A stretch of DNA of 24,864 nt, from assembly GCA_029838215.1 (NCBI GenBank), contig JALGVI010000089.1, positions 1 to 24,864 on the forward strand, given 5' to 3'. Shown in pieces: positions 16,369 through 24,864 of the stretch (the first letter of the stretch is position 1; the number at the start of each line of letters is the position of its first letter). Origin of the DNA: Candidatus Helarchaeota archaeon (GTDB taxonomy: Archaea; Asgardarchaeota; Lokiarchaeia; Helarchaeales; RDOG01). The notes under the pieces were generated by a model that was given only the letters and a program-made list of their open reading frames with translations, had not been told where the DNA came from and did no database searches. Made by a program: the position numbers and the translations under genes.

Positions 16369-17889
16369 ATGAATAAAGAAGAAATTTTTAAGAAATTAGT
16401 TGATATCTGCGGAAAGGAGAATGTTTCAATAGACGATGCTGATTTAATAGCAACAGGTGATTTGGTTGCCAAGGGTCTTGAAGCTTTCTTTAAGGATGTC
16501 AGTTTTAAAGCAGGGTTCCTTGTCACGCCCAGAAATAAAGATGATATAGTAGAAATCGTAAAGCTCGCCAATGAGCATAAAATTCCTTTGATTCCCAGAG
16601 CTGGAAATACTTCTTTGGCGGGTCAGGTTCTTCCCGTGTATGAAAATACGATAATAATAGACATTGGAAGGCACATGAACAAGATAATAAAAATTAATTA
16701 TGAAGAAGAATATTGCGTGGTCGAGCCGGGAGTGGAATTCTTGAAGCTCCAAGAGGTTCTGGCAAAAAAAGGATATTTTTTTCCTGCCGAACCAGGAAGC
16801 GGATTTGCGTGCATGATTGGCGGAATGGTGGGTAACAATGCTTCTGGTGCCACGAGTTTTAGATTCGGAACAACAAGAGATTATACTCGGGGTTTGCAAA
16901 TCGTTCTCGCATCGGGTAAGGTCATTCAGACGGGTCATCACAGGACTGGTAACGAAAAATCCGTTGCGGGTCTCGATTTGACATCACTTTTCGTTGGATC
17001 TGAAGGAACATTAGGTATCATCACGGAAATCACCCTCAAAATTCAGAAACTTCCAAAAAGTGAAATTTCGTTAGCGATCTCCTTCAAGGACATAGATGAT
17101 TGCTTTGAAGCCATCGAGGAGATCAAGGACATGGAACTTGATCTTGCTCTTTTGGAATACATTGATGAAATGACGATTGATGGCATGAATAAAAATTTTA
17201 AATATCAATTAAAAGAGGGAATCATTGATAAAAAAATGAAAATTCCGAAAAGGGCGGGAACAATTCTAATGAAAATCATTGGACCCCATGCAAGAGAAGA
17301 GTTAGAAGTGGTTAAAAACACCATGACGACAGGAAAACATGCTGAAAGTCCTCCAAAGATTTTAATTTTTGACATTCCGCTCGATCAGGAAACTCTCTGG
17401 AATGCCCGTCACAATGCGGGTCCTGGAATTGTTCGGAGCTTGCCTGCACCCGAACAACCTCGCATGTTCATACCTGCCATTCTGGATATTGCCGTCCCTC
17501 CCAAGCGCATTGCGGATTTTCTAAAAATGAGTAAAGAGATGTCAAAGAGTTATGGATTTATTCCAATCACGTTTGGGCACGTCATGGATGGAAATGTTCA
17601 TTTAATATCAGCACAATTCGTCACTGATGAGAATTTAGCCAAAGTCAAGGAGTTCCAAGCAAGATTAATTGATCATGTTTATTCCTTGGGGGGAACCATT
17701 ACTGCTGAACACGGAGTTGGACTTTGGAAACAACAATTTCTAGAAAAAGAATTTGGAAAAGAAACCATTGAAGTAATGCAAATGATCAAGAAGACTTTTG
17801 ATCCAAACAACATAATGAACCCCGGAAAGATGGCATTGGGTGATATTCCTGCCATTGCACGGATCGAAGGAATGGAGGAGAAACGATGA
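16369..17889 (+). CDS. FAD-binding oxidoreductase, GlcD/D-lactate dehydrogenase family
   Basis: PRAGNTSLAG, VEPGV, IGGMVGNNASG, GLDLTSLFVGSEGTLGIIT, GHVMDGNVH, AEHGVG and FDPNNIMNPGK. Confidence 0.92.
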   Translation: MNKEEIFKKLVDICGKENVSIDDADLIATGDLVAKGLEAFFKDVSFKAGFLVTPRNKDDIVEIVKLANEHKIPLIPRAGNTSLAGQVLPVYENTIIIDIGRHMNKIIKINYEEEYCVVEPGVEFLKLQEVLAKKGYFFPAEPGSGFACMIGGMVGNNASGATSFRFGTTRDYTRGLQIVLASGKVIQTGHHRTGNEKSVAGLDLTSLFVGSEGTLGIITEITLKIQKLPKSEISLAISFKDIDDCFEAIEEIKDMELDLALLEYIDEMTIDGMNKNFKYQLKEGIIDKKMKIPKRAGTILMKIIGPHAREELEVVKNTMTTGKHAESPPKILIFDIPLDQETLWNARHNAGPGIVRSLPAPEQPRMFIPAILDIAVPPKRIADFLKMSKEMSKSYGFIPITFGHVMDGNVHLISAQFVTDENLAKVKEFQARLIDHVYSLGGTITAEHGVGLWKQQFLEKEFGKETIEVMQMIKKTFDPNNIMNPGKMALGDIPAIARIEGMEEKR

Positions 17890-19037
17890 CTGAGAATAAA
17901 GATACCATGATGATAAAACATTATTATCTTTGCACGTCATGTGGAACCTGTCGAGAAAAATGCACGATTCTCAGAAATGATTTGCTTGAGAGTTTTTCAC
18001 CGCGTTCTAGGGTAACAATTGCAGGAGATCTTTTCCTGAATAAATTGGGAATCACCCAAAGGGTGAAAGATGTCATTTTTTCTTGCACGTTATGTGGACT
18101 TTGTCACAATTCATGCCCATCTGGCGTGGATGTCATGGAAACCGTCAAGGCCACGCGAAGATACATTTTAGAAAAAGGAGCAGGACCAGAATCCTTGAAG
18201 GCTTTAATAAATAGTCTAATGGACGAGAAAAACATTTTCATGTTAGATAATTCAGATCGCATGGATTGGGCGGCAGATATCGAAGAAGATGTCAAGGATA
18301 AGATAAAAAAACAAGCGGAAACAGCCATCTATGTTGGTTGCCAAGAATCGTTTAAGGGTTCTCTATATAACATACCTGAAGCTCTTGTCTTGATCTTTAA
18401 CAGGCTTAATTATGATTACACGCTCCTTGGGGAAGACGAATGGTGTTGTGGTGCACCCTTCTTTCTCTTGGGCTTAAAAGATGAGAAATCAAAACAACTA
18501 ATGGTGCATAACGTGGAAGCAATGAAGTCCTTGGGGGTTAAAAAGATCATAACAACTTGTCCGGGTTGTTACAAGGCATGGAATGAAGAATATCGGAAGA
18601 TGGATAAGGAATTACCGTTCGAAATCAAGCATTCAACCGAGATTCTTGCAGATTTTATCAAGGATAACACTTTAAAAATCACCAAACCGTTTAAAGCAAA
18701 GGTCGTATTCCAAGACCCCTGCGAATTGGGTAGGCATAGTGGAATCTACGAAGCCCCAAGAATCATTCTCAAGAACATTCCGGAGTTAGAACTCATTGAA
18801 CTCGAGCGTGAAAAGGCAGACGCATATTGTTGTGGAGGTGGCGGATTATGCAAGGCTACATATCCAGATACTGCAGCAGAAATTGCCGGAAGCGTGGTTG
18901 ATAAATACATCGATGCGGGAGCCGAGGTTATCGTGACATCCTGCCCTGCCTGTTTCGATAATCTTGTTGGAGCAATCGAAGGCAAAGACGTGAAATTAAT
19001 TGACATTCACGATCTCGTGTTTTCACTCCTTAATTAA
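17886..19037 (+). CDS. (Fe-S)-binding protein with 2x[4Fe-4S] and CCG domains (GlcF/HdrD-like)
   Basis: CTSCGTCREKC, CTLCGLCHNSCP, WCCG, TCPGC, FQDPCELGR, YCCGGGG and SCPAC. ATGA overlap with the upstream gene; GGAGG ribosome-binding site. Confidence 0.92.
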   Translation: MTENKDTMMIKHYYLCTSCGTCREKCTILRNDLLESFSPRSRVTIAGDLFLNKLGITQRVKDVIFSCTLCGLCHNSCPSGVDVMETVKATRRYILEKGAGPESLKALINSLMDEKNIFMLDNSDRMDWAADIEEDVKDKIKKQAETAIYVGCQESFKGSLYNIPEALVLIFNRLNYDYTLLGEDEWCCGAPFFLLGLKDEKSKQLMVHNVEAMKSLGVKKIITTCPGCYKAWNEEYRKMDKELPFEIKHSTEILADFIKDNTLKITKPFKAKVVFQDPCELGRHSGIYEAPRIILKNIPELELIELEREKADAYCCGGGGLCKATYPDTAAEIAGSVVDKYIDAGAEVIVTSCPACFDNLVGAIEGKDVKLIDIHDLVFSLLN

Positions 19038-19055
19038 ATCCATTTTTTATTGTTC

Positions 19056-20161
19056 TTAACCAAATATTTCGAAAATTAAATCCTTCGCTTCATTTGATTT
19101 GAATATGGACATTTTACCGGTCCATCTCTTGAGGGACTCTCCATAGATCTTCTCAAATTGCGTGATAAATCTTACCAATTTTTCACTAAGAATTTGAGAT
19201 GGTTCTTCCGAAAACAAAACACCGAATACGAATTTACCATGCTTGAAAAGAATATTATAATCTCCTAATTCAACGGATTTGACTTTTTCAGATAATGCCA
19301 GGCTCTCGGAAAGTGTGAATCACTGATATCTTCAAATTTTTCTTCCTTGAAATCGTAACCGAATAATAATTGACCGCCATTTCTGATAATATGAATGGAT
19401 TTTAGACTGAAATACGCATTGACAGTTTCGAATAACTCGTGATGTTTTAAGATCAGTATTAAAAATCCGATGGAGATTCCTAAAAGAATGATGAAATCAG
19501 AAAGAAAAAGAACACTGTCAACTATCGGGGCAGGGAATGCCACGAAAATAAATTTCACGAAGTTCAAGCTGTATATCCTCTCTATCGTGAGAAGCCCAAA
19601 AAGAAACGCACCAAATATGTATTTTTTTCGAAATGGCTTGCCCTTCATTTTATGTAGAAAAACATAACTTTTAACAAGAACGTAAGCCAGTAATGGGGCA
19701 TAACAAATTAGCATGACGATTAGGAGCACGGGTTGAATCGTATAGACATAATATCCTAGAATGGTATGAAGTGGAATGAAAGTATAAACATTTATGATCG
19801 AAAAAAGGATGAGAATGGAATAAAAAAAGATTTCGATCCTTTTCTCGATTTTCACGTCGTGTTGGCTCTTTTCACCATACTTAAGAAAAAGTTGAGCCTC
19901 TAAATTCATTCCAAAAAAAAGTAAAAAAGACTTAACATTAAATCCGATGATATCGGCATGCAAATGAATGCCGCCGAGGAAAAAGAAAGAAAGCAGTCGA
20001 AGATTATCGTAAAAAATACCCATGAAAAAACAAATTGAAATTAATAATAATAGGCGATTGTAAATGGTATCGACCTTTAATGCCTGAATTATGCCCTGAA
20101 AGAGTGCAACACCTGAAATTGGGATGATCAAAAAGGCAATCACGACGAGAATTACGAGCAA
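19056..20161 (-). pseudogene. Frameshifted 7TM-longin protein (pseudogene or assembly error)
   Basis: ORF 20161-19265 encodes about 7 TM helices plus the first longin strands. A second frame, 19319-19056 (87 aa, FTLSESLALSEKVKSVELGDYNILF...FEKIYGESLKRWTGKMSIF), encodes the rest of the longin domain. Confidence 0.8.
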
Positions 20162-20243
20162 GTCACTTCCCCAATCTACTTCCTTTGCACGATAAATAAA
20201 TCTTTTTTTGACAGCAACTCATTCTTATTTAAATCAAATGATT

Positions 20244-20314
20244 TTAAATAAAGCATTGCGGAAGCCATTTATCTCGTGTTAAATAAAGCATTGCGGAAGC
20301 CATTTATCTCGTGT
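20244..20314. repeat. Perfect 35-bp tandem duplication
   Basis: TTAAATAAAGCATTGCGGAAGCCATTTATCTCGTG at 20244-20278 and 20279-20313, with no spacer. Confidence 0.97.
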
Positions 20315-20349
20315 CAATTGAATTAAGACTTGTTGGCGATGTCCAAACT

Positions 20350-20796
20350 TTATTGAAAATGTTCTGGAATTGGAGGCAAGCATGTAACACCCGGAAATTG
20401 CTCAAACTTACGATCGAATGTGTAGATCTCCTTCACGCCCTTTTCTTTCATTATTATATATGCTGAAATATCATTAGAATCCATCTTGTATTCAGTCATC
20501 TTATCAATTGCATTCAGGTATGTCATTTTTGGGACTTCTGCAATTTCAATGGAGGCATTCGAAATCAATGCCATGAGAAATGTTTTCAAATTTTCCCACG
20601 ACATTGCATTTTTTAAAAAGTTTACAACTTCAGAAATTTGTATTAAAGAGATACAATAATTGTTTTTTTCTTCATTGATGTCCCTGATGATATTTTGTGC
20701 TTCTTTCTTACACCACTTAATTTTATCTGATAATATCTTACCTTTTTTTGGTTTAAAAAATGCATAAACAAAAATATTAGCATCCAAGTAAATCAT
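20350..20796 (-). CDS. vapC: PIN-domain ribonuclease toxin (VapC family)
   Basis: MIYLDANIF, ISEV, DSND and IYTFDRKF acidic tetrad. The ATG at 20796 lies 7 nt after the antitoxin stop and is preferred over 20838. Confidence 0.9.
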   Translation of the reverse strand: MIYLDANIFVYAFFKPKKGKILSDKIKWCKKEAQNIIRDINEEKNNYCISLIQISEVVNFLKNAMSWENLKTFLMALISNASIEIAEVPKMTYLNAIDKMTEYKMDSNDISAYIIMKEKGVKEIYTFDRKFEQFPGVTCLPPIPEHFQ

Positions 20797-20803
20797 TTTT
20801 AAT

Positions 20804-21061
20804 TCATTTCTCCTTTTTGGATAAAAGAGACGTTTCAAATTCGGACCAATTTTCCAACTTATTAATTAAAACATCATCATATTCACAGGAATCAAAAAAT
20901 TGAGTTAGATCAATCTTTTTTTTTGGAATTATTTTAAGAACTCCCTCTTCTTCAATTATGATTACTTCATCACTATCTTCCAGTTCTGCTTCGCGCCATT
21001 TTCGTGGCAAAACAATTCGTCCCTGCGAATCTACCCTTTTAATGTTAACCTTCTGGTTCAA
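20804..21061 (-). CDS. AbrB/MazE/SpoVT-family antitoxin
   Basis: IKRVDSQGRIVLPRKWRE signature, acidic C-terminus, directly upstream of the PIN gene. Confidence 0.9.
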   Translation of the reverse strand: MNQKVNIKRVDSQGRIVLPRKWREAELEDSDEVIIIEEEGVLKIIPKKKIDLTQFFDSCEYDDVLINKLENWSEFETSLLSKKEK

Positions 21062-21108
21062 AAATCATTTACTCCTTGAATTAATTTAACATTATTAATA
21101 AAAAAACA

Positions 21109-21132
21109 CACCAGAATATAAATAATCTGGTG
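21109..21132. promoter_or_regulatory. Imperfect palindrome overlapping the candidate TATA box of the TA operon (operator)
   Basis: CACCAGAATAT-AA-ATAATCTGGTG, arms match 10 of 11. Minus-strand TTTATATT at 21122-21115. Confidence 0.65.
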
Positions 21133-21249
21133 AAATTTTTATTATTTCCACTAATTCTTGAAATTTGGAATTCATTCTTCAGGAGTAATTTTCTGTGATT
21201 TCAGATTTGAATTAAATTCCACAAATTTAAAGAAATAACCGACGATTAC

Positions 21250-21293
21250 CCCAGATTATAACAGGTTTAAACCCAGATTATAACAAGTTGAAA
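21250..21293 (+). repeat. 22-bp direct repeat, two copies, 20/22 identical
   Basis: CCCAGATTATAACAGGTTTAAA followed by CCCAGATTATAACAAGTTGAAA. Confidence 0.9.
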
Positions 21294-21390
21294 ATATTTA
21301 TGAACTAGTAACCAAACTTGAATTACATGTTGTTAAACTTCTCCGTCAACGAAATAAATCTTTGGTAAAGGAAAAAAGGAGTGGAGATTT

Positions 21391-22251
21391 TTGAAGGCGC
21401 TCATCCTGTATTTTTCTCAAACTGGTGGTACGGAAAAAATTGCCAAAGCCATACAACAAGGTCTCGAAGAAACAGGTAATGATTGTAACATTATTCGAAT
21501 AAAAGATACAAACATGGAACAATTAAAGGTGCATGACTTGATCGGAATTGGATGCCCGACGTTTTATTATCGGGAACCGCTAAACGTCCGCCATTTAATT
21601 GAAAATTTTGAAAACTTGAACGGAAAGCATTGTTTTATCTTCTGCACTCACGGCTCCATCATTGGAAACACGTTCTATTACATGAACCAGCTGCTCACGG
21701 AAAAAGGAATGATCGTTATTGGAGCTTTTGATTGCTATTCGGCATCATCCTTGCAATTTTATCCTGAAATCATGCATACAGCAGGTCATCCTGATGATGT
21801 TGACCTTGAAGAAGCAAGATCGTTTGGCAGAAAGTTGCCGAGCATTCGAGAACAAATCATTGGTGGAGAAACTCATCTCCTTCCCAAATTCGAACTCATT
21901 GAAAATACGTGGTGGGCTCGCGACTCCAAAATGATGACGTTGGACATTTTGCGTAAGATTTCTCCGAAACTCATGATAAATGCGGATAAGTGCACGAAAT
22001 GCATGACCTGTCAAGAAAATTGTCCCGTTGATGCCATCGATGTCAATCAAGAGCCGCCTGAAATTCAAAAAGAAGGTTGCATTTTTTGTTGGTTTTGTGA
22101 AAAAATTTGCCCTGAGAGTGCTATTGAAGCGGATTGGTCAGCCATGCGAGCATCGACGCGACCAGTTCTTAAAAAATACGTGAAAATTTTAAAAGAAGCC
22201 GAGAAAAAGGGAATATTTCGTCCACTCGTTGAATATGAAAAAATAGTTTAG
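21391..22251 (+). CDS. Flavodoxin fused to 2x[4Fe-4S] ferredoxin (EFR1-like)
   Basis: YFSQTGGTEKIA, IGIGCPTF, FCTHG, GHPDDVDL, CTKCMTCQENCP and CIFCWFCEKICP. TTG start after GGAG. Confidence 0.9.
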   Translation: MKALILYFSQTGGTEKIAKAIQQGLEETGNDCNIIRIKDTNMEQLKVHDLIGIGCPTFYYREPLNVRHLIENFENLNGKHCFIFCTHGSIIGNTFYYMNQLLTEKGMIVIGAFDCYSASSLQFYPEIMHTAGHPDDVDLEEARSFGRKLPSIREQIIGGETHLLPKFELIENTWWARDSKMMTLDILRKISPKLMINADKCTKCMTCQENCPVDAIDVNQEPPEIQKEGCIFCWFCEKICPESAIEADWSAMRASTRPVLKKYVKILKEAEKKGIFRPLVEYEKIV

Positions 22252-22287
22252 ATTTTTATTAAAAAAGGAAAGAAAAAAAGGTCGTTC
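22252..22287 (-). terminator. Oligo-U terminator-like tract downstream of EF-1alpha
   Basis: The minus strand reads TTTTTTTCTTTCCTTTTTT shortly after the stop, in the gap between convergent genes. Confidence 0.5.
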
Positions 22288-23589
22288 TTATTCTTTCTTA
22301 GTCACGTTCGTGACCACGCCAACCGCAACGGTGCGTCCCATGTCACGCACTGCAAAGCGTCCTAGTTGTGGAAATTCTTTAAACATCTCAATGCAAAGAG
22401 GTCGGACAGGTTTATACTTGACAAAACCACCTTCATCTTGCTTCAAGAAGTCCGGATTTTCCTGAACGATTTGGCCAGTCTTCACGTCGAGCTTATTAAT
22501 GAGTTGCTCAAACGTGCAAGCCATCTGTGCAGTATGCGTGTGAATTACAGGAGTATATCCCGCAGCAATGGCAGTAGGATGGTAGATAACGATCGTTTGA
22601 CCAATGAAATCTTCGACAACACAGGCAGGAGTATTTTCATGAGAGACAACATCACCTCTCTTGATGTCCTTGACTGCAAGTCCGCGCACGTTGAAACCGA
22701 TGTTATCACCGGGTTCGGCTTTGTCGATTTTCTCGTGATGCATTTCAATCGAACGACATTCTGTCTTTTTACCACTGGGCATGAAAATGATTTTATCACC
22801 GGTTTTTAACACGCCGGTTTCGACTCGACCGACAGGGACCACGCCAACGCCGGTAATCTTGTAAACATCCTGAACGGGAATGCGAAGTGGTTTATCCGTT
22901 GGTTTATCAGGTACTTGGAATTTATCCAAAGTCTTGACCAAAGTATCGCCTTTATACCAGGGCATCTTGTCCGATTTCTCAGCAAGATTTTCACCCGTCC
23001 ATCCGCTTGTTGGAACGAAGAATCTCGTTTCTTTCTTGTAGCCAACGCGATCGAGAAGCCTTTCGACTTCTTCTTTGACTTCATTAAACCGTTCTTCCGA
23101 ATAGTTTACGCTTGCATCATCCATTTTATTAATGGCAACGATGATTTGATTGATACCAAGCGTTTTCGATAAGTAGGCGTGTTCTACGGTTTGTCCACCA
23201 ACACCAATACCAGCTTCAAATTCTCCCGTCTTTGCACTGACAACGAGAATTGCAGCATCGGCTTGAGAGCTCCCTGTAATCATGTTCTTCACGAAATCGC
23301 GGTGACCAGGAGCATCAATGACAGTGAAATAGTAATTATCAGTATTGAACTTTCGGAAAGCAAGGTCGATAGTAATACCTCTTTCCATTTCTTCTTTTAA
23401 GCGATCGAAGATGAAAGCAAATTTCCACGTTTCTTTTTCCGGACGCTTATCTACTTCACCCTGAATCTTTCGCATCTCTGCATCCGTGATACCACCGCAT
23501 AACAATAGCAGGTGACCCATCATCGTTGATTTTCCGTGGTCGATATGCCCAATTATAATCAAATTCATATGGGGCTTCTTGTCCGCCAT
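22288..23589 (-). CDS. tuf: Translation elongation factor EF-1alpha
   Basis: GHIDHGKST, RGITID, DAPGHRDFVKNMITG, NKMD, DKPLRIPVQDVYKI, EMHH, PGDNIGFNV and LGRFAVRDMG. The ATG at 23589 after AGAAGTGA is preferred over the GTG at 23598. Confidence 0.96.
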   Translation of the reverse strand: MADKKPHMNLIIIGHIDHGKSTMMGHLLLLCGGITDAEMRKIQGEVDKRPEKETWKFAFIFDRLKEEMERGITIDLAFRKFNTDNYYFTVIDAPGHRDFVKNMITGSSQADAAILVVSAKTGEFEAGIGVGGQTVEHAYLSKTLGINQIIVAINKMDDASVNYSEERFNEVKEEVERLLDRVGYKKETRFFVPTSGWTGENLAEKSDKMPWYKGDTLVKTLDKFQVPDKPTDKPLRIPVQDVYKITGVGVVPVGRVETGVLKTGDKIIFMPSGKKTECRSIEMHHEKIDKAEPGDNIGFNVRGLAVKDIKRGDVVSHENTPACVVEDFIGQTIVIYHPTAIAAGYTPVIHTHTAQMACTFEQLINKLDVKTGQIVQENPDFLKQDEGGFVKYKPVRPLCIEMFKEFPQLGRFAVRDMGRTVAVGVVTNVTKKE

Positions 23590-23787
23590 TTTACTCACTT
23601 CTCTATTTTTGTTTCTTACCTCAAGATCTTTTCTATCTTCAATATTCTTAAGATTCTTTTTTTACAGATATTTTTTAGATTTAAATTTTTTTTTAAATAA
23701 TGATATAAGAATCTTATTTTTATTCCAAACTAATCTTTAATGTCTTTCGACTTAAATTTCATTTTTTGTCTGAAGACTTGAAATTTT

Positions 23788-24864
23788 TTAGACTTTAACC
23801 AGCTCGGTGATGGGATTCTTTTCGATGGCTTTAATTTTCTTGATTTTTGGTTTTTTTATCAAGTGACCCCGGATAAAAACCATTTTAACATCCTTCAAAC
23901 AGGAAATATCGTCAAGTGGATTTCCCGAAACCACCTGTAAGTCCGCAGATTTCCCGACTTCAATGCTCCCAGTAATATCTCCGATTCCAATTGCCTCTGC
24001 AGCCCCTTTCGTGCCAAAATATATGGCTTCTTGATTCGACATGTCGGTATAATGCAGATAATATTCGAGTTCTTTCCATACTTGATAGTGAGTGCTGTAG
24101 GGGACTCCTGCATCGGTGCCCAATGCTATCTGAATGCCCGTCTTGTAGGCTTTTCGAAGACCCTTGATCATGCCTTCTTCAATCATCGCGGCATTTGCTT
24201 TATTTATCTCCGTAATTTTCGTCAGTTCCTTGGGAAGCACTGCAAGACCCATTCCTGCACAAAGCGTGGGTGTTAACGTCGTATATCCGCGTAAAGCCTT
24301 CGGGTTATTTTTGAATAAAGGAACCAATTCATCAGGGATTTCTGCACCGTGGTCAATGGAATCGACACCTCCTTTCAGGGCTTCTTCGATACCTTTCGTG
24401 TTTTCACAGTGAGTGGCGACCAGCAGGTTCGCCCGGTGAGCCTCGAAACAGGCAGTTTCTATTTCTTCGATTGTCATCTGCGGTCTTCCTGCTTCTCCCT
24501 TCACGCGTGAATCCATGACCCCACCCGTGGAAATGATCTTGATGCAATCAACTTGGTTGCGAATGTTTCGGCGCACCAGTTTTCGGATTTCACCTTTTGT
24601 ATCTACTTCAATTCCAAGATAGCCGCCGTGTCCTCCAGTTGGGACAACGGGAAAGCTCGCGACTAGCAATCTAGGTCCCAATATCTTTCCCTTTTCGATT
24701 TTCTTGCGAAGCTTGACGTCTAAATATTCGGCATCACCGAGCGCGCGGAGCGTTGTCACGCCAGAATTTAGAGCAGTTAATGCATTCTTGATCATCGATC
24801 GGAAAAGAATGGCTTTTACAAACCTAGTCTTGCTCAAGCTGACGACTCGTTGGATGAACTCATC
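23788..24864 (-). CDS. Metal-dependent amidohydrolase (Xaa-Pro dipeptidase-like), 5'-truncated by the window edge
   Basis: The frame is open to 24864. Motifs: SGVTTLR, GGHG, IKIISTGGV, ATHCEN, SIDHG, LGTDAG and GSIEVGKSADL. Confidence 0.9.
   Translation of the reverse strand, partial: DEFIQRVVSLSKTRFVKAILFRSMIKNALTALNSGVTTLRALGDAEYLDVKLRKKIEKGKILGPRLLVASFPVVPTGGHGGYLGIEVDTKGEIRKLVRRNIRNQVDCIKIISTGGVMDSRVKGEAGRPQMTIEEIETACFEAHRANLLVATHCENTKGIEEALKGGVDSIDHGAEIPDELVPLFKNNPKALRGYTTLTPTLCAGMGLAVLPKELTKITEINKANAAMIEEGMIKGLRKAYKTGIQIALGTDAGVPYSTHYQVWKELEYYLHYTDMSNQEAIYFGTKGAAEAIGIGDITGSIEVGKSADLQVVSGNPLDDISCLKDVKMVFIRGHLIKKPKIKKIKAIEKNPITELVKV

Noticed and set aside
16369-19037. GlcD/GlcF-like pair as a novel system
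   Set aside because: A common, well-described architecture with all expected motifs intact; only the substrate is undetermined.
19283-19289. G-AAA-AAG as a programmed -1 frameshift site joining the two halves of the 7TM-longin gene
   Set aside because: Not a canonical X-XXY-YYZ heptamer, I see no downstream stimulator, and the product would still lack the conserved longin helix.
20244-20314. 35-bp repeat as a CRISPR mini-array
   Set aside because: The copies are contiguous with no spacer, there are only two, and no cas genes are in the window.
20194-21363. 12-bp direct repeat AAATAAATCTTT (20194-20205 and 21352-21363) flanking the TA module as a target-site duplication
   Set aside because: A nearly all-A/T word in AT-rich intergenic DNA. 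The left copy doubles as a plausible TATA box for the 20161 gene, and no transposase, integrase or terminal repeats are present.
22366-23400. Several ORFs antisense or out of frame within EF-1alpha (147, 84, 92, 85 and 73 aa)
   Set aside because: Shadow frames of a strongly codon-biased conserved gene with no motifs. The same applies to the other short ORF-track entries nested in confident genes.
1-24864. Selenocysteine or pyrrolysine read-through, inteins, tRNA and rRNA genes
   Set aside because: No in-frame TGA or TAG I checked is followed by continuing homology, protein lengths leave no room for inteins, and I recognised no cloverleaf or rRNA-like segment in the intergenic regions.

Overview
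AT-rich, gene-dense archaeal chromosomal window, very likely from an Asgard archaeon (Lokiarchaeia-like; inferred from two longin-domain genes, a roadblock fusion, a HEAT-Zn ribbon-RING-like protein and the EF-1alpha sequence style). It has about 24 genes. Information processing: rfcS/rfcL pair, truD, pth2, a NusA-like KH protein and EF-1alpha. Metabolism: two radical SAM enzymes, a GlcD/GlcF-like oxidoreductase pair, a flavodoxin-ferredoxin, a methyltransferase and an amidohydrolase. Also present: an HDAC/AcuC deacetylase, an HD-domain protein, several eukaryote-signature-type proteins, a frameshifted 7TM-longin gene and an AbrB-VapC toxin-antitoxin pair with operator-like repeats. I found no rRNA, tRNA, CRISPR array, transposase or integrase. 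I do not see one complete, self-evident new system. The best leads are (1) an RFC small subunit with a degenerate ATP site but an intact arginine finger, like eukaryotic RFC3/Rfc5, (2) a single-zinc RING/U-box/SP-RING-like domain on HEAT repeats, (3) a 4-TM protein with tandem MIT/TPR-like bundles and (4) the broken 7TM-longin gene, whose second half the ORF track missed. All family assignments come from motifs recognised by eye, not from database searches.
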